DNA from: Flectonema sp. DT1601
Lineage: Eukaryota
Assembly (NCBI GenBank): GCA_964019425.1
Contig: OZ025781.1
Span: 1,302,001-1,366,000 of the forward strand
Direction: 5' to 3'
Length of the DNA: 64,000 bases
Shown piece by piece: positions 1 to 10,512 of this stretch. The notes under the pieces were generated by a model that worked only from the letters and a program-made list of their open reading frames with translations, was not told the origin of the DNA and did not search any database. Position 1 is the stretch's first letter; the number at the start of each line of letters is the position of its first letter. The position numbers were made by a program, and so were the translations under genes.

Positions 1-70
1 TAGCAGAAACACTTAGCAGCTTTTAAGGAGCTGAAAAGCAAAAAAAAAAATCTAAGTGAGAAACACTTAG
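1..70 (-). repeat. Family A fragment, inverted
   Basis: Matches 9689-9757 (TAGCAGAAACACTTAGCAGCTTTTAAGG...). Confidence 0.8.
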
Positions 71-371
71 ATTTTTGTGAATGCACCAGAATCGCCAGAC
101 AGTGCTCATATGTTCTGTTCCAGACGAGGAACCTCCCCACGTGGCATTCAAGACCTCTAATGCGCAGCATTAAAGAAGAACCTGCCACTGCAAGTTTTAT
201 AAAAGATGGTAAAGAAATCTTCCCTGTAGAAGAAGTCAAAATCCACAAAGTAACAAAACTGAAAACGATCGAAAAGCTCACCATTGAAAGATCGTGGCTT
301 GAGAAATGTTTTATCTGGCAAACTTGTTACGCATCGGCTCTTTCTATTCTACTTATTGCCAATTATGCCAA

Positions 372-1773
372 CTGGTAAATTCAACTCAGTCCTTGTCAGT
401 TTTGGCATCAAACCTGTAATGGTTTAATCATTACAGGTTATTTACTGAAATATTTGTTCTAAAAGTTGCTAAGTATTTCTCACTTAGAAATTTTTTATTT
501 TTTTATTTTCAGCTTAATTAGCTACAAATTGTTTCTACTAAGTGTTTCTCACTTAGATTTTTTTTTTGCTTTTCAGCTCCTTAAAAGCTGCTAAGTGTTT
601 CTGCTAAGTGTTTCTCACTTAGAATTTTATTGTTATGTTCGTTTTCTATCCCCTCTTCTATCCCTTTTGTTCAAAAAAAGCGATGAGAAATTTCTCTCAT
701 TCATGCTAAGATGCACTCTGAACTTTGATTTTTTGATCTGAGTGTGAGGGAATGACCTGTTAGTGCATTGGACATAAGCTGTACAGCAGTTTAGATGTCT
801 TAGGTGTTAATAGGGGGTTCCTCTTAGCATTTTCCTTTGTTCCCACCTTATGATTTTCTTGAAGAAAAAAAATAGAAGTCATAATGGTGCTTCCCTCTGG
901 AAGGGTTGTAAGCCATGGTGTCCAACTAAATTAAAGGACAAGTCTGGGATAATCCCTGCCAGAGGGGCGAGTATTCTACCATGGTTGAAATACTCTGGCA
1001 ACTGATCTTCAATTTTATGTTGTTTGTTAGCTGCTGGTGTAATTTAATCATGTGTTGATACTTGCATTTATTTATTTGTTATCTTTTACTACAATAACTC
1101 TTGCCTATATCTTTTCTTTTTATTCTCTATCTGTTCTGGTCTGTTACTTCATTTGTCTTGTTTAACTTCAGTTATATGCATTTTACTTTTTATTGTTTCC
1201 CATCTACTTTTTATTTTCTGTTAGTTCTGGTCAGAAACTCCTGGGCAGCAAGAAGGAAAGCAGTTTAGTACTTCTGGGTGTTTGGCATCACCCCCCATAG
1301 TGAGCAAGTACAACAGGTAGCATTGGTAGTCTGTTGATCCTGAGTGATCCCAGCTACAGTTTTGTTTTTCTTTCTTTTTTTTAGAAGAAGATCAGGACAT
1401 CCAAGCACTGCTGGATAGTTGCTGAATGCAGGGCCTGCCTGTGGCATTATAATAACAGGCTAAGTCATTTGTAGTTCATAGTTTACCTTTGATTTTATAA
1501 CTTCACACAGGGTACTATGAACGATGAGAGATCCAGTGGGATCACTCAGGGTCTAGTAGAGACCACCAATGTTGTGCGTTGATAGGCAAGGTGACCAACC
1601 TTGACATTCTTTCTTTTCTCTCCTGTTGTGACAAACACAAAATACACACACAGCTTACAGTGTGTTCTTTGTGTATGTTTTCTTCAGGTGTGAGTAGTTT
1701 TTTTGTTCTTGCTCTTCAGGGAGGGCCTTAGCCAAAAGCTAACAGTCCAAATCTCACCTGGTAAATTCAACTC
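372..1773 (+). mobile_element. Family A non-coding element, one full ~1.39 kb unit preceded by 16 bp of the previous unit's tail
   Basis: Begins and ends with CTGGTAAATTCAACTC; near-identical to segments at 8401-10512 (inverted), 21497-22214, 28796-29589 and 31167-31517; 3' hairpin at 1723-1748. Confidence 0.85.
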
Positions 1774-1800
1774 GGGTCTTCCTCCCCGGCCCCTTCTGTT

Positions 1801-3249
1801 TTGTTAGATGAGGATGAGCTCACTGGACTCTCCTTGTCATTCTCTTCTATTTCTTCCATCTCTTTCCAGACTCCCCCACCTGAACTCACGTCAACGGGAT
1901 CGCAAACACTCCCTACTGATTTTGCTATGGTGTTAAGATGTCAATCTGACATTGGTTCTCAAACCCCCTTGTACAAAGAAAAAAAAGGAAGATTAAGGCT
2001 GAAACTTTCCTTGAAATGCCAGATTTTAGAAAACGAATTAGAACAAATGAAAGAACGAATTTTTTATGTTCTATTTTTATTTTACTTTAATGCGATGTCA
2101 GCCTCCCTCGAGAAAGACAAGCAGTTACTAAACGGATTACCTGTTGAGATCAAAGCTACCAACCAGGATCCATCCTCACTTCCTCCTGCGCCCCCTGTTT
2201 TAATTATTGAAAAAGATAGAAAAGAATATGAACTTCTGGAAGGAGTAATTCAACGGTTAACAGTAGAACGCGATGAATCGAAGACTTCTCTTTCCGCACT
2301 AGTTCGTCAATATGACTTAGTGGAAGATTACAGGAAACGTGAGCTCGCAAATCTGACTCAGAAAGCAGACCTATCGGAAATGGCGCTTTTCAATTACCAT
2401 CAAAGGTTTGTTCTTCTGTCGAACGAATTGGAGACCAAATGTAATGAGGAAAGAGAAAGTAAAATAAGACTTTTCTATACTCAACAGGAGGTCGAGAGTT
2501 TGCGTGCCGCACGTCCCCACATGACCCACTTTAGTCAACAAGTTTCCCCCCGATCCCCTATTTTGTATGAATCTGTTGCTATGATGAAGATAGCAAAGAA
2601 CTACCTCTCGCTCTTTACAACTACGAGTAGTCTTTTTACTCCTCTTATTAAACCCCTTATCCCTACCCTTAATTATATCACCCCTCTTTGTCCTTTAGCC
2701 TCAATTCCTCCGACAATGCCGCAGAGTGAAGCTCTCGACCGCACGCCGACCAAGATTTTACGACAAGAGAGCCACGTTATCTCCGTTAAAGAGAATACAC
2801 CTATTGCGAGACAATGGTCCGAGGGTAGGATTGACTTACTCGAGAACTACTGTCGAGCAGTAGATGACTCTCTCGAAACAAACGAGAAAGCGGCAGAGCT
2901 CTCAGAACAACTTTTGGATGCCCAACTTCGCCTCTCGGAGCTGAATCACCAACGGTGTACAACTCACGCAGAGCAGCTTGAGCAATCCATGATGTTAACG
3001 GGACTGGCGAGCGATTTAAATGCTCAACTCGCCTTGGCACGGTCTCAAATTGCGGCCCTGAAGTTCCAATTAGCTTCATGGGCAGAAGGTTTGAGTCCGC
3101 CAGACACAGAAGAACATGAGGAAATTGAAACTCCGCCGAGAAAGTCTGAGCGTTCAACTCTGAAAAAACGGACCCCTCCATCAAGATATCGTTATAATCG
3201 AAGGAGATGTTCTGCTGATGACGTTCACGGTGACTCCACCCCCTTGTAA
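1801..3249 (+). CDS. Hypothetical coiled-coil protein inside the repeat chain (probable ATG at 2095, ~384 aa)
   Basis: 1.4 kb open frame with E/K/L/Q-rich heptad-like blocks and a basic C-terminus; no family recognised. Confidence 0.5.
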   Translation: MLDEDELTGLSLSFSSISSISFQTPPPELTSTGSQTLPTDFAMVLRCQSDIGSQTPLYKEKKGRLRLKLSLKCQILENELEQMKERIFYVLFLFYFNAMSASLEKDKQLLNGLPVEIKATNQDPSSLPPAPPVLIIEKDRKEYELLEGVIQRLTVERDESKTSLSALVRQYDLVEDYRKRELANLTQKADLSEMALFNYHQRFVLLSNELETKCNEERESKIRLFYTQQEVESLRAARPHMTHFSQQVSPRSPILYESVAMMKIAKNYLSLFTTTSSLFTPLIKPLIPTLNYITPLCPLASIPPTMPQSEALDRTPTKILRQESHVISVKENTPIARQWSEGRIDLLENYCRAVDDSLETNEKAAELSEQLLDAQLRLSELNHQRCTTHAEQLEQSMMLTGLASDLNAQLALARSQIAALKFQLASWAEGLSPPDTEEHEEIETPPRKSERSTLKKRTPPSRYRYNRRRCSADDVHGDSTPL

Positions 3250-3645
3250 TTCTTTTTCCTTACTTTCACATCACTTTGTTTATTTAGTTTATTAGCTTAT
3301 TTATTATTTATTGTTCGTTTTGTTTGTAATATTTTGTCGATATGTTTATGTCCGTCAGATCATAACGTTAATCAGATTAATTGTTAATTGTTAATTGTAA
3401 ATGGTCTAAACCCCAATCCAAGTTCCCAAGGCTTGGCATAGATTTGAGTGACGCCTTACTGGCCTCCTCATCCTCTATGAGTGGTGAGGGGGCCAGCAAT
3501 GGTTTTTTTTTTTTTTTCTCTTATCTCTTTTTTTTCTTTTTCTTTTACTCTAATATGAAATATTTTTGAACAAAATGTGATTATTAATTTAAAAAAAAAA
3601 AAAAAAAAAATAATGTAAATGAATAATAAAAAAAAAAAAAACATG

Positions 3646-3934
3646 CCTTGGGAATACAACCAAAGCCCCAATTAATCGGTCCTTTCTTTTTTCCTTCTTG
3701 TCAAGTGATCGCTCCACTCGTCGATCACCAAAACCGATTGTATTTATATCTGTTCTTTTCTCAACGATCGGCTATACCGATCATTTTTTTTTTAAATAAT
3801 TGTTTTCTTCTTCTCGACGATCAGATCCAATTGATCGACCTTTTTTTTTTTTTTTTTTTTTTTCCTTTATTCTTTCCATCCCTCCCGCTCCCCTTATTTT
3901 AATAAAAACAAGATCAGCTCAGCTTGATCGTTAA

Positions 3935-3966
<32 letters not shown>

Positions 3967-6900
3967 CTGATTGTATTTATATCTGGTTATTTTTTCTCAA
4001 CGATCGGCTATGCCGATCGACCTTTAAAATAATTGTCTTCTTCTTCTCGACGATCAGATCCAATTGATCGACCTTTTCTTTTTTTTTCCTTTATTCCTCC
4101 CATCCCTCCCGCTCCCCTTATTTTAATAAAAACAAGATCAGCTCAGCTTGATCGTTATTTTTTTTTTTTTTTTTTGTTGGTCCTAGTCAAGACCTTAAAC
4201 TGACTAATCGGTCTTAACTTTAACTAAGTGAATGAACCCTTCCCGTTTTCCTCTTCCCTTTATTACTCTCTATCTGGTCTGTTATGTCATAAATCTCATT
4301 TAATTTTATCATTCATTTTAATTTTCACTGTTTCCCATCTACATTTTATTTTCAAATAGTTCCGGTCTGTCTTTAATGTTAAATAAAACTGATCATGTTA
4401 ACTCAATTTTTCTTTTATGTGCAAGAGATACCAACACGCAAGAGATACCAACGCACATACGAGATACCAGCACTTCCGAGATACCGACACACAAGAGATA
4501 CCAAGACACTTAAGATACCAGCAAGGACAATGAGAGGTAGAATGAACTCTCCTCCTTGTGTCCGATCCTGATTATTTTTTGTTGAATTGGTAGTGTTACC
4601 TCAGTTTGCGACTCTCGTATCTGTGTTGTGTTAACTCATGTAAGTGATCTTAACTCCTGTTAAAAAATAAATAAAAAGAATTTAAAATAAAAAAAAAAAA
4701 GAATAAACAATGTTATCATTGTTTTTTGTATCGTTCGACTTTGTCGACTAATTTCTATTTTCAGTTTTTTTCTTTAAAAAATAAATAAAAAGAATTTAAA
4801 ATAAAAAAAAAGAATAAACAATGTTATCATTGTTTTCTTACCGATCGACTATGTCGATTACTTTCTATTTTCCGTCCTGGTCAAGACGCTAAACTGATTG
4901 TTTTTTTTTTTTTCAAAATTAATAAAAAAGAATAAAAAAAAAAAAAAAATAAAAAAAAGAATAAACAATGTTATCATTGTTTTTTTTTTCATCGTTCGAC
5001 TTTGTCGACTAATTTCTATTTTCCGTTTTTTTTTTCTTTAAAAAATAAATAAAAAGAATTTAAAATAAAAAAAAAGAATAAACAATGTTATCATTGTTTT
5101 TTTATCGATCGACTATGTCGATCACTTTCTATTTTCCGTCCTGGTCAAGACGCTAAACTGATTGTTTTTTTTTTTATAAATAAAAAGAAATAAAAAAAAA
5201 AAAAAAAGAATAAACAATGTTATCATTGTTTTTTTATCGTTCGACTTTGTCGACTAATTTCTATTTTCAGTTTTTTTTCTTTAAAAAATAAATAAAAAGA
5301 ATTTAAAATAAAAAAAAAAGAATAAACAATGTTATCATTGTTTTCTTATCGATCGACTATGTCGATTACTTTCTATTTTCCGTCCTGGTCAAGACGCTAA
5401 ACTGATTGTTTTTTTTTCAAAATTAATAAAAAAGAATAAAAAAAAAAAAAAAATAAAAAAAAGAATAAACAATGTTATCATTGTTTTTTTTCATCGTTCG
5501 ACTTTGTCGACTAATTTCTATTTTCCGTTTTTTTTTTCTTTAAAAAATAAATAAAAAGAATTTAAAATAAAAAAAAAGAATAAACAATGTTATCATTGTT
5601 TTTTTATCGATCGACTATGTCGATCACTTTCTATTTTCCGTCCTGGTCAAGACGCTAAACTGATTGTTTTTTTTTTATAAATAAAAAGAAATAAAAAAAA
5701 AAAAAAAAGAATAAACAATGTTATCATTGTTTTTTTATCGTTCGACTTTGTCGACTAATTTCTATTTTCCGTTTTTTTTCCTTTAAAAAATAAATAAAAA
5801 GAATTTAAAAAAAAAAGAATAAACAATGTTATCATTGTTTTTTTTTATCGTTCGACTTTGTCGACTAATTTCTATTTTCCGTCCTGGTCAAGACGCTAAA
5901 CTGATTGTTTTTTTTTTTCAAAATTAATAAAAAAGAATATAAAAAAAAAAAAAATAAAAAAAAGAATAAACAATGTTATCATTGTTTTTCTTTTTATCGG
6001 ACTAATTTCTATTTTCCGTTTCTTTTCTTTAAAAAATAAATAAAAAGAATTTAAAATAAAAAAAAAGAATAAACAATGTTATCATTGTTTTTTTTATCGT
6101 TCGACTTTGTCGACTAATTTCTATTTTCAGTTTTTTTCTTTAAAAAATAAATAAAAAGATTTTAAAATAAAAAAAAAGAATAAACAATGTTATCATTGTT
6201 TTTTTTATCGATCGACTATGTCGATTACTTTCTATTTTCCGTCCTGGTCAAGACGCTAAACTGATTGTTTTTTTTTTTTCAAAATTAATAAAAAAGAATA
6301 TAAAAAAAAAATAAAAAAAGAATAAACAATGTTATCATTGTTTTTTTTATCGTTCGACTTTGTCGACTAATTTCTATTTTCAGTTTTTTTTTCTTTAAAA
6401 AATAAATAAAAAGAATTTAAAATAAAAAAAAAAGAATAAACAATGTTATCATTGTTTTCTTATCGATCGACTATGTCGATTACTTTCTATTTTCCGTCCT
6501 GGTCAAGACGCTAAACTGATTGTTTTTTTTTTCAAATTAATAAAAAAGAATAAAAAAAAAAAATAAAAAAAAAGAATAAACAATGTTATCATTGTTTTTT
6601 TTCATCGTTCGACTTTGTCGACTAATATCTATTTTCCTTTTTTTTTCTTTAAAAAATAAATAAAAAGAATTTAAAATAAAAAAAAAGAATAAACAATGTT
6701 ATCATTGTTTTTTTATCGATCGACTATGTCGATCACTTTCTATTTTCCGTCCTGGTCAAGACGCTAAACTGATTGTTTTTTTTTCAAAATTAATAAAAAA
6801 GAATAAACAATGTTATCATTGTTTTTTTTTTTTATCGTTCGACTTTGTTGACTAATTTCTATTTTCCGTTTTTTTTTCTTTTTAAAAAATAAATAAAAAG

Positions 6901-7817
6901 AATTTAAAAAAAAAAAAAAAAAAGAATAAACAATGTTATCATTGTTTTTTTTTATCGATCGACTATGTCGATTACTTTCTATTTTCCGTCCTGGTCAAAA
7001 CGCTAAACTGATTGTTTTTTTTTTTTTTCAAAATTAATAAAAAAGAATATAAAAAAAATACAAAAAAAAGAATAAACAATGTTATCATTGTTTTTTTTTA
7101 TCGTTCGACTTTGTCGACTAATTTCTATTTTCCGTTTTTTTTCTTTAAAAAATAAATAAAAAGAATTTAAAATAAAAAAAAAGAATAAACAATATTATCA
7201 TTGTTTTCTTATCGATCGACTATGTCGATCGCTTTCTATTTTCCGTCCTGGTCAAGACGCTAAACTGATTGTTTTTTTTTTCAAAATTAATTAAAAAAAA
7301 TATAAAAAAAATAAAAAAAAAGAATAAACAATGTTATCATTGTTTTTTTACCGTTCGACTTTGTCGACTAATTTCTATTTTCCGTTTTTTTTTTTTTTTT
7401 TTTTTTCTTTAAAAAATAAATAAAAAGAATTTAAAAAAAAAAAAAAAGATTAAACAATGTTATCATTGTTTTTTTATCGATCGACTATGTCGATTACTTT
7501 CTATTTTCCGTCCTGGTCAAGACGCTAAACTGATTGTTTTTTTTTTTCAAAATTAATAAAAAAGAATATAAAAAAAAACAAAAAAAAAAAGAATAAACAA
7601 TGTTATCATTGTTTTTTTTTATCGTTCGACTTTGTCGACTAATTTTTATTTTCCGTTTTTTTCTTTAAAAAATAAATAATAAGAATTTAAAAAAAAAAAA
7701 AAAAGAATAAACAATGTTATCATTGTTTTTTTATCGATCGACTATGTCGATCACTTTCTATTTTCCGTCCTGGTCAAGACGCTAAACTGATTGTTTTTTC
7801 TTTAAAATAATTAAAAG

Positions 7818-7863
<46 letters not shown>

Positions 7864-8400
7864 AATGTTATCATTGTTTTTTTTTCTATCGATCGACTAT
7901 GTCGATTAATTTCTATTTTCCGTCCCGATCGAGACGCTAAACTGATTGTTTCCTTTTTTTTAAATAATAAAAAAAAAAAAAAAAAAGAGCATCTCCCTGC
8001 TATCCTCATATCCCCACAATAATATTATACCTTTTCATTTTCTCTTTCCTTTTCTGGTCTTTTTTTTTTTTTTTCTTCTTTTTTTTCCTTTTTCATACAA
8101 CGTTTTTTATTTATATTTTATTTTTTTTTTTTATTTTTTTCATGTTTGATTATTTCCTCTTCATATTTTTTTTTTTTTTTTTCGTTTCTTTCTTTTTTTT
8201 TTTTTTTTTTCTCTGCCTCTCTCTTAATTCTGTTCGTTTCTTTGAAACGAAAATTCATTTGAATATTATTCCTTGGTCAGCAACAGTCATTGTCGCCCTC
8301 TGGGCCTGTTAAAAAAAAAAAAAATAAAAAGAAAGTTTACATCGGGAATAGGGCAGGAGCCAAAAGCTCCCAGTCCGTTACTTCCCACTCTATCGAATTC
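3646..8400 (+). mobile_element. Family B non-coding element: unique 5' part, central satellite, 3' tail with CAAAA hairpin
   Basis: Colinear with 10511-14925; 5' part recurs at 35229-35575; 3' tail recurs ending at 14925, 19476 and ~28796. Confidence 0.8.
4661..7985 (+). repeat. B satellite array (alternating ~95 and ~125 bp monomers)
   Basis: Tandem AATAAACAATGTTATCATTGTTT / TCGACT(A/T)TGTCGA / CGTCCTGGTCAAGACG blocks separated by A and T runs. Confidence 0.95.
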
Positions 8401-10512
8401 GTAGAAACAATTTGTAGCTAATTAAGCTGAAAATAAAAAAATAAAAAATTTCTAAGTGAGAAATACTTAGCAACTTTTAGAACAAATATTTCAGTAAATA
8501 ACCTGTAATGATTAAACCATTACAAGTTTGATGCCAAAACTGACAAAGACTGAGTTGAATTTCCAGGTGAGATTTGGACTGTTAGCTTTTGGCTAAGGCC
8601 CTCCCTGAAGAGCAAGAACAAAAAAACTACTCACACCTGAAGAAAACATACACAAAGAACACACTGTAAGCTGTGCGTGTATTTTGTGTTTGTCACAACA
8701 GGAGAGAAAAGAAAGAATGTCAAGGTTGATCACCTTGCCTATCAACGCACAACATTGGTGGTCTCTACTAGACCCTGAGTGATCCCACTGGATCTCTCAT
8801 CGTTCATAGTACCCTGTGTGAAGTTATAAAATCAAAGGTAAACTATGAACTACAAATGACTTAGCCTGTTATTATAATGCCACAGGCAGGCCCTGCATTC
8901 AGCAACTATCCAGCAGTGCTTGGATGTCCTGATCTTCTTCTAAAAAAAAGAAAGAAAAACAAAACTGTAGCTGGGATCACTCAGGATCAACAGACTACCA
9001 ATGCTACCTGTTGTACTTGCTCACTATGGGGGGTGATGCCAAACACCCAGAAGTACTAAACTGCTTTCCTTCTTGCTGCCCAGGAGTTTCTGACCAGAAC
9101 TAATAGAAAATAAAAAGTAGATGGGAAACAATAAAAAGTAAAATGGATATAACTGAAGTTAAACAAGACAAATGAAGTAACAGACCAGAACAGAAAGAGG
9201 ATTGTAATAGAAGATTACAAATAAAAAAATGCAAGTATCAACACATAATCAAGATACACCAGCAGCTAACAAACAACATAAAATTGAAGATCAGTTGCCA
9301 GAGTATTTCAACCATGGTAGAATACTCGCCCCTCTGGCAGGGATTATCCCAGACTTGTCCTTTAATCTAGTTGGACACCATGGCTTACAACCCTTCCAGA
9401 GGGAAGCACCATTATGACTTCTATTTTTTTTCTTCAAGAAAATCATAAGGTGGGAACAAAGAAAAATGCTAAGAGGAACCCCCTATTAACACCTAAGACA
9501 TCTAAACTGCAGCCCAGCCTATGCCCAATGCACTAACAGGTCATTCCCTCACACTCAGATCAAAAAATCAAAGTTCAGAGTGCATCTTAGCGTGAATGAG
9601 AGAATTTCCTCCCGCTTATTTTGAACAAAAGGGATAGGAGAAGGGATAGAAAACGAACATAAAAATAAAATTCTAAGTGAGAAACACTTAGCAGAAACAC
9701 TTAGCAGCTTTTAAGGAGCTGAAGAGCAAAAAAAAAAATCTAAGTGAGAAACACTTAGTAGAAACAATTTGTAGCTAATTAAGCTGAAAATAAAAAAATA
9801 AAAAATTTCTAAGTGAGAAATACTTAGCAACTTTTAGAACAAATATTTCAGTAAATAACCTGTAATGATTAAACCATTACAAGTTTGATGCCAAAACTGA
9901 CAAAGACTGAGTTGAATTTCCAGGTGAGATTTGGACTGTTAGCTTTTGGCTAAGGCCCTCCCTGAAGAGCAAGAACAAAAAAACTACTCACACCTGAAGA
10001 AAACATACACAAAGAACACACTGTAAGCTGTGCGTGTATTTTGTGTTTGTCACAACAGGAGAGAAAAGAAAGAATGTCAAGGTTGATCACCTTGCCTATC
10101 AACGCACAACATTGGTGGTCTCTACTAGACCCTGAGTGATCCCACTGGATCTCTCATCGTTCATAGTACCCTGTGTGAAGTTATAAAATCAAAGGTAAAC
10201 TATGAACTACAAATGACTTAGCCTGTTATTATAATGCCACAGGCAGGCCCTGCATTCAGCAACTATCCAGCAGTGCTTGGATGTCCTGATCTTCTTCTAA
10301 AAAAAAGAAAGAAAAACAAAACTGTAGCTGGGATCACTCAGGATCAACAGACTACCAATGCTACCTGTTGTACTTGCTCACTATGGGGGGTGATGCCAAA
10401 CACCCAGAAGTACTAAACTGCTTTCCTTCTTGCTGCCCAGGAGTTTCTGACCAGAACTAATAGAAAATAAAAAGTAGATGGGAAACAATAAAAAGTAAAA
10501 TGGATATAACTG
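8401..10512 (-). mobile_element. Family A, inverted head-to-tail ~1.55-mer (period 1357 bp)
   Basis: Identical ORF calls at 8877 and 10234 are 1357 bp apart; reverse complement of 372-1773. Confidence 0.9.

Noticed and set aside
73..378. Short open frame between two A copies
   Set aside because: About 100 codons with no recognisable motif, truncated by repeats.
1530..1570. CAGGGTCTAGTA resembling the L1Tc/ingi Pr77 HDV-like ribozyme signature
   Set aside because: Only ~12 nt match from memory, and I could not build the nested pseudoknot by eye; it needs a descriptor search.
4661..7985. CRISPR-like look of palindromic repeats
   Set aside because: The intervening sequences are homopolymer runs and repeated blocks, not unique spacers; the context is eukaryotic and no cas genes are present.
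8600..8650. Hammerhead core candidates (CTGAAGA) in family A
   Set aside because: No stem II followed by GAAA and no cleavage-site stems could be formed.
8877..9059. Recurrent 60 aa ORF MPQAGPAFSNY and the 62 aa MQVSTH ORF
   Set aside because: They recur only because family A recurs. They lie antisense to the inferred element direction, are frameshifted in the 20368 copy and are not preserved in A'.
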